DNA of 64,000 nucleotides from an uncultured virus (IMG/VR IMGVR_UViG_3300029787_000004) (IMGVR_UViG_3300029787_000004); one strand, 5' to 3'; positions 26,901 to 38,400 are shown, counted from the stretch's first letter. The notes: generated by a model not told the origin, from the letters alone. Numbers and translations are program-made.

Positions 26901-27344
26901 ATGAAATTAGTAAAAGAAAAATTTTTAGATGAACTAAAATGTAGAGAGATCATTGATCAATACATTTGGAATTATCCACATGCCATAAAACATCGAGATA
27001 CATATGCGTTAAATATGTCGTCGATAACAGGAGTTACTGATACTATTGAATCTATTGCAAAATCAATAGATCCATCTGTTAAACTAGATTTATGCCAAGT
27101 TGTAAAATGGCCATGTAATTCTAAGATGGATCCACATCGAGACACAAATAAAAATGATGTTTTTGCTGCAATAGTTTACCTAAATGATAATTTTGTTGGA
27201 GGCGAAACTTGCCTTGAAGATTTTGTTTGCAAACCAGAAATTGGAAAATTATTAATGTTTTCTAATTCAGAATTGCTTCATTGGGTTAACCAAGTAACAG
27301 AAGGAACACGTTATACAATTGCCCTATGGTTTATACGCGACTAA
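26901..27344 (+). CDS. 2OG-Fe(II) oxygenase (prolyl hydroxylase-like)
   Basis: HRD...YLNDNFVGGET...HWV...GTRY. Confidence 0.9.
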   Translation: MKLVKEKFLDELKCREIIDQYIWNYPHAIKHRDTYALNMSSITGVTDTIESIAKSIDPSVKLDLCQVVKWPCNSKMDPHRDTNKNDVFAAIVYLNDNFVGGETCLEDFVCKPEIGKLLMFSNSELLHWVNQVTEGTRYTIALWFIRD

Positions 27345-27347
27345 ATA
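27341..27347 (+). promoter_or_regulatory. T4-type late promoter
   Basis: CTAAATA before the structural gene; similar sites at 36174, 38135, 39121, 43380, 49120 and 54743. Confidence 0.7.
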
Positions 27348-27376
27348 ACATATAGGAAAATTATGGTCGAAATACA

Positions 27377-30300
27377 ATGGGTCTCAGTAGACTTCAAAAC
27401 TTCTTAAAGAACGCTAAGGGTAATATTTTATATGTGAACCCCAATGATCTAGATGCTACTGATAGCATTGAAAATCAGGGTAACTCACTAACAAGACCCT
27501 TTAAGACAATTCAAAGGGCATTGATCGAGGCAGCAAGATTCTCGTATCAATCAGGACTTGATAACGATAGATTTGGTCAAACTACGGTTTTACTATATCC
27601 TGGTGATCATGTCGTAGATAATAGACCAGGATGGCTTCCTTATGACGATGGAACTACCACAGCAAAATATAGAACCAGAAACGGTGCATCTGGACTGGTA
27701 CTTTCACCGTTTAACCTAACTTCCAACTTCGACCTTTCGGTATCAAATAACGATCTCTATAAGCTTAATAGTATTCATGGTGGTGTAATCATCCCAAGAG
27801 GAACCTCTTTGGTTGGTTTAGACCTGAGAAAAACTAAGATTAGACCGAAATATGTTCCCGATCCCTCTAATGATGCTATTGAGAGAAGCACTTTATTCAG
27901 AGTAACTGGTGCTTCATATTACTGGCAGTTCAGTATCTTTGATGCTGATCCTAATAGCACTGCATATAAAGATTATACGAACAATATCTTTGTTCCTAAC
28001 TTCTCTCACCATAAACTCACCTGTTTTGAGTATGCTGATGGTGTAAACAACGTTGTTATTGATGATGGTTTCCTGGATATCGCAACAGGAAGCACTGATC
28101 TTGATATGTTCTATCAGAAAATCTCTGATGTATATGATGATGCAACTGGTAGACCTATTTCTCCTGATTACCCTGCTGGGAATGTAGATATTCAACCTAA
28201 GATTGATGAATATCGTATTGTTGGTTCAAAAGGTGCCGAAGTTGGAATCTCATCCATCAGAGCAGGTGATGGTGTAAATGCAACTACAACTATCACAGTA
28301 CAAACGACCTCTTCAATCAAGAGCGTTGGTATTGATGTTGATACTCCCATTAGAGTTAGTGGTATTACAGCATCTGGATATAACGGCAACTTTGTTTGTG
28401 CTGGTGTTACAAGCACCACGGAATTTACATATAGTTTGTCAAATGCTCCTGCTATTGCATTAGAAAATCCTGCAAATGCTAATGTTAATGTTGTCGTTGA
28501 CACTGTAACTTCTGCATCACCATACATCTTCAATATCTCTCTGAGATCAGTGTTTGGTATGTGTGGAATGCACGCTGATGGTAATAAAGCCACTGGATTT
28601 AAATCCATGGTTGTTGCACAATTTACTGGTATTGGTCTACAAAAAGATAATAATGCCTTTGTAAAATATAATACTACAACTGGATCATATGATGATTCAA
28701 CTACAATTGCAAATTTATCATCTGACTCACGTGCAATTTATAAACCAGATTATGCAAACTTCCATATCAAGTGCTCGAATGATTCTGTTTTACAGTTAGT
28801 TTCGATCTTTGCTATTGGTTATGCTCAACACTTCGTTGCGGAGTCTGGTGGTGACCAATCTGTTACTAACTCAAACTCTAACTTTGGTGCTAAGTCTTTA
28901 ATTTCTAGTGGATTTAAGAAGAGCGCATTTGCTAAGGATGACGTTGGATATATTACTCATATTATTCCACCAAAAGAAATTGAAGCATCAGATACATCTA
29001 TTGAATTTGATGCAATCGATGTGCATCAAACCGCCGTTGGTGTTGGATCAACTGGTAGATTGTATCTTTATAACAGAATTAACGTAGCAGATAAACCTTT
29101 AAGTGTTATTGAAGGTTATAGAATTGGTGCTAAGGTAAATGATGATCTCAAAGCTCAATTAAGTGTTGGTGGTACTGTAACAGAGTACACAGCAAGAGTT
29201 ACGATGCCCGTTAATGGTATCAGTACAACACAATTTACATCTATTAAAGAGTCATTTGTTGGTAACTCTATTGGATTCAATAGTATTACCTCTAATATTA
29301 TGACTCTGAAAGGCAACCATAGTTTCGTCAATGGCGAATCTATTCGTGTCATTTCTGATGATGGATCACTTCCTGATGGTCTGAGATCTAATAGAATTTA
29401 CTTTGCAATTACAAAAGAAAATCCTAATGCTGGATTTACTGGTGAAAACCAAATCCAAGTTGCAACATCATTAAACTCTGCTCTTTCTGCTGAACCAATT
29501 GGTATTAACAGTCTGGGCGGTAATTTAAAAATTGAATCCAGAGTTTCTGATAAAGTCTCTGGTGATATTGGTCACCCAATTCAATATGATACCTCTGTAA
29601 GTCAGTGGTTTATTAATGTTTCTGGATCTACAACTGATAACAGTTTGCATGGTCAGATTGTTGGTCTTGGAACTGCTAACCTAGGTGAGGCTACACCTAG
29701 AACATTTATTACAAGAAAACAGGATGATAGAGGACTACTAGACACAGTATATCGTGCCAGATATGTAATTCCTGCTGCATCTGGTATTACATCTGCTAGA
29801 CCACCTGTTGATGGTTATGTTCTTCAACAGTCTGGTGATACTTCTGCTTCAACTGATGCAGAAATTCAATCATTGTATGCACCGTCTGTTAAGACACTTA
29901 ATAATGTCAGTGAGTTAAGGAATCCCTCGTTTATCTCTACTTGTACATATGATTCCCCATTCGCCTATATTGATACAGAGAAATCTCACAACCTAACAGT
30001 TGGATCTAAGGTCAGTCTTGTTAATGTCACCAGTACAGATAATACTACTGGTTTAGCTGGTACTGGATTCAACAGAGATTATACTGTTGTTGGTGTTTCT
30101 AGTGCGAAACAATTTGTTGTTGGTCTAAACACAAGTCCTGGTGTATTTACTAATGCTACCAACGTTAGAGGAACTACTCTACCAAGATTTAATGCATTTA
30201 AAACCAATGAAACTCTGAGTCTTTACAGATCCAGAGAGGTAAGTAGATATCAAACTGGACAGCAAGATGGTATCTATCATCTACTGTTAACCAAGAGTTC

Positions 30301-33300
30301 TGTTGCTCCGACCTCTGCACCATTTAGAGGTGACAGGTATAGTCAGAACATTCAGTTCTTCTATCCTCAAACAAATAGAGATAATCCTGTTGCTGATGCA
30401 ACTCCAACGAAATCATATGCTCTAAGGAGTCCTATCGGTGAAGTTACGGTTGATAATCCTCAGGGTAGTTTAACAAAGGAAACAGAGTACAGCAGATTAA
30501 CTCAATTCGGTAACTTAGTTGGACTTGGTGTTACTGATATTCAATCTAATAGCGCCGGTACTGCACATACAATCTTTACGAAGATTGATCATGGTCTGAA
30601 TAGAATTGTATCTGTAAGTATTGCAAGTAGTGGTGGAAATTATGGCGTTGGATCTGGTATCACTGAAAGATATTACAACGCCAAAATTGTTGGATTTGCA
30701 GGATCTACCGTAGGTAAGAATGCAACTGCCAGAGTAACAGTTGAACCTGCTGGTGGTATCAGTGATATTAAAATTATTGATGGTGGTTCTGCATATGGGG
30801 TTGGTAACACTGTTACGATTAATAATCTTCCTAAACTAGCTGGTCAAACAGACGCTGTTCTTCAAATTCAGAAGATCTATGATACAACTAATGAAGTTTT
30901 AGATATTCAAGGCATTAGTTCTGAGTCATATAAGTCTCACAACACCTTGTATAGGATTTCTAGTGTTCCCATTGGACAAGACAGAAAGATTAATGTAGTA
31001 TCTTCCACCACAGTTGGGGGTGCAAATACCATTGGTATTGGATCTGCATCATGTGAAGATGCGATTGTCCTTAATGGTGGTTTAAGTGTTGATGTTTCTG
31101 GGTTTAGTTATGATGCTGGATCTGGTATTGGCACGTTTGCCACAGTTGATCAACACGGTCTGAGTGTAGATAATAAAATTAGAATTAGTGATGCATCTAG
31201 TGCCCTATACAATGGTGACTTTATTGTCAAGAACATCATTGGATTGACATCATTTACTGCATTTATTGGTGCTGGCACAGTAACTCCTGCCACAGGAACT
31301 GCAAAGGTATTGAAGCATGGTTTGACTTCTTACGGTGGATTTGTTACAGGTGAAGATGAGAACATTGATGGTCGCATGATGTATAATTATGCAGGCATTA
31401 CGACTACATTGTCTGCTGCTATTAATAATACAACCACTACCAGTATCTCTCTTCAAAATGTAGAACAAACTGATTTTGAAGTTGGCGACTTTATTCAGAT
31501 CAATGAAGAGTTGATGCGTGTTAAGTCAACAACTGCTACTAGTAGTGTTGATGGTTCATCTGGTGCTCCTTCAAATCCAATCACTGTATTCAGAGGCATC
31601 TTTGGGACAAAATCCTCTGCTCATCCCATTAACAGTATTGTCAGAAGAGTTAAATGTTCTCCTATTGAACTTCGTAGAAACTCTATTATTCGTGCATCTG
31701 GTCACACATTTGAATATGTTGGATTTGGTCCCGGTAACTATTCAACTGCCCTTCCAGAAAGAAATGACAGGAGATTAACTCCTCAGGAAGAACTTTTAGC
31801 ACAATCAACAAAAGTTGATGGTGGTTTAAACGTTTACACCGGTATGAACAATGATGGAGACTTCTTCATTGGTAACAAGAAGGTTAGTTCTGCTACTGGT
31901 CAGGAAGAGGTGTTTGATGCACCAATTCCATCTGTTACTGGTGAGGATGTTACTGATACAGGAGTCAGCGTTGGTTTTGACGTTCTAACTCCACTTGAAA
32001 TTACTATCTCTCGCTCCATCAAAGTTGAAGGTGGACCTGATGGTAGTATCATTTCTGAATTTGATGGTCCTGTTATCTTCAATGATAAGATTACCTCCAC
32101 TTCTTCTAGTGGATTAGAGGCAAATTCTTTGTTCCTACAAGGTTCAACCACTGTTTCTAGAAACTTCTCAGTTGGTGTTACTCAACCTACCTTAGCAGGT
32201 AATGCAGGTGACGTTGTATTCAATGCAAACCCAGTTAAGGGTGGATATATTGGATGGGTTTATACTACCGACAATGATTGGTTCACCTTCGGTAATGTAA
32301 GTGCTTCTAAAACTGAGAATGCTGGTCAATTTGATAGAATTGGAATTGGCACAACAACTGCTGGTAGTTCAGAACTATTCATTAATAGTGGCGGCAGAGC
32401 AATTGTATCTCTGGGTGGATCATTTGGTGTTGGTACTACAATGCCTCAGTATGATCTTCACGTTGAACAGAACATTTATGCTTCTGGATTTATTACTGCT
32501 AGTACGTTCCTCTATGGTGATGGTAGATATATCTCTAACCTACCAACAGATTCTAAGTGGGATGCCACTGAACCTGCATCTGGTGCAAAAGCTGGTATCT
32601 ACACTGGTTCGGAAGCAGGTGACATCTTTGTTGGTATTGGAACCACTACTCCAACTGCACTCCTGACTGTTGGTATTGGAACAACCACCACTAATAAAGC
32701 ATTTATTGTTGAGGATTCTGGTGGAATCGAACTGATTGGAATCACCACTACTGGTAGATTGGGTGTTGGTAACACTAATCCTCAGGGATTACTGGATGTC
32801 AATGGACAATTTATTGCTAATCAATATTCATTGTCTGGGGTCGGCACAATTGCTGCTGGCATCATCACTGCAACTGATACTCTTCAAGCTGGTGTTGGTG
32901 GTACTGTATTCCATGCTTCTGGATCAAGGGTTGGTGTTGGAACCGTTACTCCAAGAGCAACTCTTGATATTGCTGGTAGCACAAGATTACAGTCCTATTT
33001 TGAACCTGCCTTTGCTGTTGGACCAGTTGCTAACGTTGTTAGTATTGACCTTTCACAGGCACAAACATTTAATCTTAACGTTACAGCTACTGTAAACTCT
33101 CTCACTATTCTCAATCCTTCTAGTGAATCATCTTCATTCACACTTAAAGTGACGCAAGATGGAACTGGCGGGTATTCTGTTGGTATAGATACCTTTAAGG
33201 ATAGTGGTGGTGCTTCCATCCCTGTTTATTGGTCGGGATCTGTGATTCCAATTGTTACTACAACTGCCAACAAAACTGATATTTACTCATTCATTACATT

Positions 33301-33352
33301 TGACGGTGGTTCATCATTCTACGGTGTATCAGGAGGACAGAACTTCGGATGA
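27377..33352 (+). CDS. Large virion structural/tail-fibre protein (1991 aa)
   Basis: LYVNPNDLDATD...PFKTIQRA N-terminus; repeated VGIGTT fibre motifs; C-terminal W...P...DIYSF domain. Confidence 0.8.
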   Translation: MGLSRLQNFLKNAKGNILYVNPNDLDATDSIENQGNSLTRPFKTIQRALIEAARFSYQSGLDNDRFGQTTVLLYPGDHVVDNRPGWLPYDDGTTTAKYRTRNGASGLVLSPFNLTSNFDLSVSNNDLYKLNSIHGGVIIPRGTSLVGLDLRKTKIRPKYVPDPSNDAIERSTLFRVTGASYYWQFSIFDADPNSTAYKDYTNNIFVPNFSHHKLTCFEYADGVNNVVIDDGFLDIATGSTDLDMFYQKISDVYDDATGRPISPDYPAGNVDIQPKIDEYRIVGSKGAEVGISSIRAGDGVNATTTITVQTTSSIKSVGIDVDTPIRVSGITASGYNGNFVCAGVTSTTEFTYSLSNAPAIALENPANANVNVVVDTVTSASPYIFNISLRSVFGMCGMHADGNKATGFKSMVVAQFTGIGLQKDNNAFVKYNTTTGSYDDSTTIANLSSDSRAIYKPDYANFHIKCSNDSVLQLVSIFAIGYAQHFVAESGGDQSVTNSNSNFGAKSLISSGFKKSAFAKDDVGYITHIIPPKEIEASDTSIEFDAIDVHQTAVGVGSTGRLYLYNRINVADKPLSVIEGYRIGAKVNDDLKAQLSVGGTVTEYTARVTMPVNGISTTQFTSIKESFVGNSIGFNSITSNIMTLKGNHSFVNGESIRVISDDGSLPDGLRSNRIYFAITKENPNAGFTGENQIQVATSLNSALSAEPIGINSLGGNLKIESRVSDKVSGDIGHPIQYDTSVSQWFINVSGSTTDNSLHGQIVGLGTANLGEATPRTFITRKQDDRGLLDTVYRARYVIPAASGITSARPPVDGYVLQQSGDTSASTDAEIQSLYAPSVKTLNNVSELRNPSFISTCTYDSPFAYIDTEKSHNLTVGSKVSLVNVTSTDNTTGLAGTGFNRDYTVVGVSSAKQFVVGLNTSPGVFTNATNVRGTTLPRFNAFKTNETLSLYRSREVSRYQTGQQDGIYHLLLTKSSVAPTSAPFRGDRYSQNIQFFYPQTNRDNPVADATPTKSYALRSPIGEVTVDNPQGSLTKETEYSRLTQFGNLVGLGVTDIQSNSAGTAHTIFTKIDHGLNRIVSVSIASSGGNYGVGSGITERYYNAKIVGFAGSTVGKNATARVTVEPAGGISDIKIIDGGSAYGVGNTVTINNLPKLAGQTDAVLQIQKIYDTTNEVLDIQGISSESYKSHNTLYRISSVPIGQDRKINVVSSTTVGGANTIGIGSASCEDAIVLNGGLSVDVSGFSYDAGSGIGTFATVDQHGLSVDNKIRISDASSALYNGDFIVKNIIGLTSFTAFIGAGTVTPATGTAKVLKHGLTSYGGFVTGEDENIDGRMMYNYAGITTTLSAAINNTTTTSISLQNVEQTDFEVGDFIQINEELMRVKSTTATSSVDGSSGAPSNPITVFRGIFGTKSSAHPINSIVRRVKCSPIELRRNSIIRASGHTFEYVGFGPGNYSTALPERNDRRLTPQEELLAQSTKVDGGLNVYTGMNNDGDFFIGNKKVSSATGQEEVFDAPIPSVTGEDVTDTGVSVGFDVLTPLEITISRSIKVEGGPDGSIISEFDGPVIFNDKITSTSSSGLEANSLFLQGSTTVSRNFSVGVTQPTLAGNAGDVVFNANPVKGGYIGWVYTTDNDWFTFGNVSASKTENAGQFDRIGIGTTTAGSSELFINSGGRAIVSLGGSFGVGTTMPQYDLHVEQNIYASGFITASTFLYGDGRYISNLPTDSKWDATEPASGAKAGIYTGSEAGDIFVGIGTTTPTALLTVGIGTTTTNKAFIVEDSGGIELIGITTTGRLGVGNTNPQGLLDVNGQFIANQYSLSGVGTIAAGIITATDTLQAGVGGTVFHASGSRVGVGTVTPRATLDIAGSTRLQSYFEPAFAVGPVANVVSIDLSQAQTFNLNVTATVNSLTILNPSSESSSFTLKVTQDGTGGYSVGIDTFKDSGGASIPVYWSGSVIPIVTTTANKTDIYSFITFDGGSSFYGVSGGQNFG

Positions 33353-34662
33353 GTCCCTTAGCATTCCATCGAAAAGTACAAACGAAAGTTAGGTTAAATC
33401 CTCCTACACTTAGTATCGTTACACAACCTGTATCAAGTGGATCCATTGCCAACCTTGGATCTACTTCATTCACTGGATTGGCAACAGTTACTTTCCCAAC
33501 AGTTGGTGGGATAGGAACAATTGGATATGAATGGAGAGATCAAAATGGTGTCATCGGTGTCGGCACTCAATTGACTTTATCCAACTTGACTGCTGTAAAT
33601 GATACTGGTAGAGAGGTATTTCATCGTGCAATTTATTATCCAGATCCTACAAGAACTGGTATTCAAACCTTTGAACCTGGTGCAAATAATTCACCGTTAG
33701 ATTCTAATTCAGTTACTTTGAATGTTAGATCCGTCATTACATTCTCTCAACAACCAACAGCTGAGGGTGGCGAAGATATTGTAGATGAAACCATTAGTAT
33801 TAGTCCTGCAACTCCAAACGGAACATCAACGATTAATTTGGAAAATGGTGATTTTAGTGACTTTGACACGGGTATTTCGTATACACTAACACCTAGTTCA
33901 ACAGTAGTAATCGATGCAACTTTTGGAGGCGGAGAGGGGCAAGCGGGAATACCGAGAGATAGTTCTCGTAATGGTGGAAAAGGTGGAAAGGCGACTGGAC
34001 GAGTCATTTTACAAAAAGGATTTAGTTATATTCTAATAGTTGGTTCAGGATTCGGCAATCATCCAACTCCACCTGATCCTTATCCTTATGGAGATAAACA
34101 GAGTTTAGGACCTGGACCTCTTGATATTAGTGGTGGTGGATATGGTGCTGGAACCGGTGGTGGTAACGGTGGTGGATTCACCGGTCTCTTTGTGACATCA
34201 GTGGTGCAATCTAATGCATTACTAATTGCCGGTGGTGGCGGTGGTGGTGCTGGTGTTGTTGCTCGTGTTGGTGGTCATGGTGGTGGACTAGAAGGCGGTG
34301 ATGAAAATGGATGGGGTGGTCAAGGCACACAAACCGCTCCTGGACCTGGATTCTATGTTGATTATGGAGATCGATATGCATTTTTGAATGGTGAGGCACT
34401 TGAAGGTGGTGATGGGCAAGGATATGAATATGAGGATCAAAGTGGAACTTGGGGATACGGAGCTGGCGCACCCGTTGGCGGTGGTGGAGGCGGCGGTGGA
34501 TACTTTGGTGGTGGTGCCGGTCGTTCTGATAGCAACAGTAACCCTGGTTCTTATGGAGGTGCTGGTGGTTCTGGGTATATTCATCCAGAACTTGTGACAA
34601 ATGGAACATTCGAAGGTGAGAATGCCGGTGCAGGCACAGCAATTCTTTCAAAGGTAAGTTAA
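33349..34662 (+). CDS. Glycine-rich adhesin-like protein with Ig-like N-terminus
   Basis: IAGGGGG and GGGGGYFGGG motifs. Confidence 0.7.
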   Translation: MSPLAFHRKVQTKVRLNPPTLSIVTQPVSSGSIANLGSTSFTGLATVTFPTVGGIGTIGYEWRDQNGVIGVGTQLTLSNLTAVNDTGREVFHRAIYYPDPTRTGIQTFEPGANNSPLDSNSVTLNVRSVITFSQQPTAEGGEDIVDETISISPATPNGTSTINLENGDFSDFDTGISYTLTPSSTVVIDATFGGGEGQAGIPRDSSRNGGKGGKATGRVILQKGFSYILIVGSGFGNHPTPPDPYPYGDKQSLGPGPLDISGGGYGAGTGGGNGGGFTGLFVTSVVQSNALLIAGGGGGGAGVVARVGGHGGGLEGGDENGWGGQGTQTAPGPGFYVDYGDRYAFLNGEALEGGDGQGYEYEDQSGTWGYGAGAPVGGGGGGGGYFGGGAGRSDSNSNPGSYGGAGGSGYIHPELVTNGTFEGENAGAGTAILSKVS

Positions 34663-36177
34663 ATGGCGAATATTAGTAAAATTTTCGCAAAAGGCACTAT
34701 TATTGCGATTACTGCCAAGGCAGAAATTCCTGCGTCTGATTCCAACTTACTTCAATATAGTTGGAGAAAGAATGGGGCAGTTGTTACTAGTGTGCTTACA
34801 TCTGGAACTGCAACGCTTATTACATCAACACCTGGATCTTATGATGTAGTTGTTTCTCACCCCAATGCAGACACAATTACATCTAATAGTTTTAACCTTT
34901 ATTATAGAGAACCGGAAGATATTGTTAGATTGATCTACCAAACAGGTGGTTTTTCTAATATTGATGTTAACAGTGGCAATTTTACATCTTTCCAGGTAAT
35001 TGATTGGAATATTGCTGAAAAAGAATTTGAAATGGGTACTGGTGTACAAGATGCTATTAGATTTGGCAATCCATCTGGTGGTTGGTGGAGAGTATTTGCA
35101 AAGGAAAAAGATCTAAGTTTAGATGTTACTCTCAGAGGATCTTGTGGTGGAAATAATTTGAATTCAGGAACTTCTGGACAGGGTGGAACTGGAACTTTAA
35201 GAAGAACTTTTGAAAGAAATCAATTATATACTATTAGAATTGGTGACAGACGATCTGGTGCAGATAATGATGTCCAAGTTAATGGACCTAACGGTGGTAG
35301 AACTTTCAGTGGTAGTGGAAACTTTGGAGGTGGACCTACTTATATGAAACGTGGTGGAACTCTTATTGCTGTTGCTGGTGGCGGAGGTGGATCTGCGACA
35401 AATGCTAGTGGCGGAGCTGGTGGTGGATTTAATGTACCGGGAGAATCTGGTCAGGGGAATGGAAGACCTGGTGGCAGAGTTGTAAATCCTGGTACTCAGA
35501 TTAGTTACTCTGGATATCCAAGAAATTTTGGTGTTCGTCAAATGACCAGATGTGGACAAGATCCAAGAACTGGGGGAATGTTATGTACCTTTGAAAATAA
35601 TTCAGCTGATAATCAAAATAATGGTGGATTTGGTGAAAACAATGGTGGTGGTGGGGGATCAGGTCTTGAAGGTGGTTATCCTGGAAGATCTTCTAGTGAA
35701 GGTGGTTGTGGTGGATCAGGTTGGGCAAGTAGTGCTGTAACAATTTTATCTGCTTCATTGGGCGGCGGCGGACAGGACCACAATGGTAGTGTTAGAATCA
35801 GACAGACTGGATTTAACAATTATATCGTTCAGTGGTATCATACTACCGGGGTGAGAAGAGGACTTATACCAACGTTTAACATAACTAATAATGGCAACTT
35901 GACTGCAACAGTAACTCCACAAAACGTGGGTTTTGAAACCGGTCAGGGACCAGAGTCTAGTAAACATTACTTAGTTGAATTTGAAGAACCATTCTTAAAT
36001 ACATTGTATAATACTACTTTCACTTTTATTGGAGATTTAACTGCTGCGGGGCATTTGGAACCATCCTTTAACCCAATCATATTTGATAAGCAAGCTGGAT
36101 CGTTTAGAGTTAAATTTGCAGATCGCGATGGAACACCTCATATTAGAGAGACAATCTTCAAAGTAGAACCGGCATAA
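34663..36177 (+). CDS. Glycine-rich adhesin-like protein
   Basis: YSWRKNG Ig-like segment; VAGGGGG; GGGGSG. Confidence 0.7.
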   Translation: MANISKIFAKGTIIAITAKAEIPASDSNLLQYSWRKNGAVVTSVLTSGTATLITSTPGSYDVVVSHPNADTITSNSFNLYYREPEDIVRLIYQTGGFSNIDVNSGNFTSFQVIDWNIAEKEFEMGTGVQDAIRFGNPSGGWWRVFAKEKDLSLDVTLRGSCGGNNLNSGTSGQGGTGTLRRTFERNQLYTIRIGDRRSGADNDVQVNGPNGGRTFSGSGNFGGGPTYMKRGGTLIAVAGGGGGSATNASGGAGGGFNVPGESGQGNGRPGGRVVNPGTQISYSGYPRNFGVRQMTRCGQDPRTGGMLCTFENNSADNQNNGGFGENNGGGGGSGLEGGYPGRSSSEGGCGGSGWASSAVTILSASLGGGGQDHNGSVRIRQTGFNNYIVQWYHTTGVRRGLIPTFNITNNGNLTATVTPQNVGFETGQGPESSKHYLVEFEEPFLNTLYNTTFTFIGDLTAAGHLEPSFNPIIFDKQAGSFRVKFADRDGTPHIRETIFKVEPA

Positions 36178-36210
36178 ATAAAACATAGACTGGGGGGACA
36201 GTGAACTCCA

Positions 36211-36894
36211 ATGGCAATTAACAAGAATTTTGTTGTCAAGAACGGCTTAGAGGTCAATAATGGCCAAATCTTTGCTGATTCTGCGAGTAACAGAGTTGGT
36301 ATTGGTAGTACATTACCCACAGTCGAACTTGACGTTCAAGGTGCCATTGCGGCGACGGATGTAGTTTCTTCTCTTTTGAGAGTTACTGGATATTCGACGC
36401 TTCCCCAAGTCACAGTAAGCAAAAATATGGTTATCAGTGGTATTACCACTGGTGGTCATTTAAATGTATTAGGTATATCTTCATTATCAAATCTTAGAGT
36501 TGTTGGTGTATCAACTTTTGAGAACAACGTCAACCTTGATGGTAACGTTAATGTAACTGGATTTTCAACGTTTGTAGGTTTAACCTCAGTCGCTGGAAAC
36601 TTAAAGGTTGCAGGATTCTCAACATTCTCTAATTATATTCAGGCAACTGGTGGTGTCAACGTAGTTGGTACAGTTACTGCAACTGCTTTTGATGGTTCCT
36701 TTTCTGGTACTGGTATTAATATCGGTATTCAGTCCGAGGGAACCACAGTTAGTACAGCAACTTCAACTATCAACTTTGTTCCCGTCAATGCTTCTGTTCG
36801 GGTTGATGCCTCTGATGGTGGTGCTGGTATCACCACTGTTACATTACAGTCTAGTGGTATCTCACTGGGTCTTGCTATCGCATTAGGCGCTTAA
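36211..36894 (+). CDS. Tail-fibre-like protein
   Basis: NFVVKNGL, RVGIGST, repeated (V/T)GxST. Confidence 0.72.
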   Translation: MAINKNFVVKNGLEVNNGQIFADSASNRVGIGSTLPTVELDVQGAIAATDVVSSLLRVTGYSTLPQVTVSKNMVISGITTGGHLNVLGISSLSNLRVVGVSTFENNVNLDGNVNVTGFSTFVGLTSVAGNLKVAGFSTFSNYIQATGGVNVVGTVTATAFDGSFSGTGINIGIQSEGTTVSTATSTINFVPVNASVRVDASDGGAGITTVTLQSSGISLGLAIALGA

Positions 36895-36925
36895 ACTATT
36901 ATAACTATAATAAAGGACCAAAACA

Positions 36926-37477
36926 ATGGCAGAGTCGTTTGCAAACAAATCCCAAAGGAGAGTAGGTGTGACCACTACGGTCAGAACTGCTTCCATTGGT
37001 GTTGCTACTGATAGAATCACTAATATTTCAACGTTTAACGTTAATCCTGGTGCTTTGGTAGATGCAAATCAGTTTATTGGAGGAACTCGCGTTCTAGCAG
37101 TAAATGTTGCTTCAAACTTTGGTGTCGGTGGATCTATTACAGTAGACTCAACTTCTAATAATGTTGCTGCTGCAACAACTCAAACTGTTGGTTTTAATAG
37201 TGTTACAGCAATTGACACACCTACTGAAAAATCTATTTTAGTTGCCGGGACACTGGCTAACAACACATCGGATCAACTGAAAGCATCTGTTATTCTGTCA
37301 CAACATAATAATGAGCACATTAACATTGTGCATGATGTTCCCATTCCTGCTGGATCTAGTCTAGTTTTATCTGATGCAGGTAAACTGGTTGTAGGTATCG
37401 GTAGCACTGTTTCAGTTTCTGTTAACACAAATTCCGGTGTTGATGTAGCACTTAGTTTCCTGAGAGGGGTAACCTGA
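36926..37477 (+). CDS. Virion structural protein
   Basis: Beta-rich; VPIPAGSSL...GKLV. Confidence 0.65.
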   Translation: MAESFANKSQRRVGVTTTVRTASIGVATDRITNISTFNVNPGALVDANQFIGGTRVLAVNVASNFGVGGSITVDSTSNNVAAATTQTVGFNSVTAIDTPTEKSILVAGTLANNTSDQLKASVILSQHNNEHINIVHDVPIPAGSSLVLSDAGKLVVGIGSTVSVSVNTNSGVDVALSFLRGVT

Positions 37478-37478
37478 T

Positions 37479-38132
37479 ATGGCAAAAATTGGATACGTTG
37501 GTAATACACCGAATGCATCTTCGGTAATTATTGCCAGACAATTTATTGACATTGAAACTGATAACGTTGGTGTTGTAACATTTTCTAGTGGATATACACC
37601 AGGTTATCTGGATGTATATTTGAACGGTATCAAACTAGTAGATGCAACTGACTTTTCTGCTGCTGATGGTGAAACTATTAGTCTCATCACTCCTGCAAAT
37701 GCAGGAGATACCGTTGAGTTAACTGCTTATAAAGCATTAACACTTGGTAAGTCTAATGTTGGTATTAACTCTGGTGGCACAGTAATCGCCGCAGATGGTA
37801 TTCAAACACTCAACTTTGTTGGTGCTGGTAATACTTTCCTGCTTCGTGGAACTGAAATTGATATCTCTATTGAAGGTGGTGGTGCTATTGGTGTTTCATC
37901 CAATAGCTTTAACTCCTTAGTAGGAGCTGGATTTACACATTTCAACTTTGTTGGTGCAGCTGTTACTTCTTTGGGTAGTGGTGATGTAGGTGGTGCTAAA
38001 ACTGCCGTAGTTACTATCAATAAAACTTTAAGTATTGGGAAGAGATCTGGTGGCCCAGTATCCATCAATGTATCTTCTGGTGTCTCTACTATCTCCCTTC
38101 GTGGTGGTGGTATTGGAACAATTACCTTCTAA
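37479..38132 (+). CDS. Tail-fibre-like protein
   Basis: GYVG; DVYLNGIKL...DF; NFVGA repeats. Confidence 0.7.
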   Translation: MAKIGYVGNTPNASSVIIARQFIDIETDNVGVVTFSSGYTPGYLDVYLNGIKLVDATDFSAADGETISLITPANAGDTVELTAYKALTLGKSNVGINSGGTVIAADGIQTLNFVGAGNTFLLRGTEIDISIEGGGAIGVSSNSFNSLVGAGFTHFNFVGAAVTSLGSGDVGGAKTAVVTINKTLSIGKRSGGPVSINVSSGVSTISLRGGGIGTITF

Positions 38133-38160
38133 TCATAAATACTAGCAAATAGTTGGAATC

Positions 38161-38400
38161 ATGGCACAAAGAAATCCTCTAATTTATAATGACAACGCTG
38201 GACAACTTCAAGAAGTTTCCGTAGACGACCAAATTAATGTTGGTATTGTGTCTGCTGTTGCATTTTCTAATGTACAAACGGTTGTGTCACCTGTCTCGTT
38301 AGCTAATACGAGTTATAATTATGCTATGTTTGGACCAATCGCTGTATCGGGTGTAGGAACAATTTCTGTTGCTACTGGTGTAACTTACGCTGTTCTCTGA
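38161..38400 (+). CDS. Small structural protein
   Basis: ATAAATA at 38135. Confidence 0.65.
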   Translation: MAQRNPLIYNDNAGQLQEVSVDDQINVGIVSAVAFSNVQTVVSPVSLANTSYNYAMFGPIAVSGVGTISVATGVTYAVL

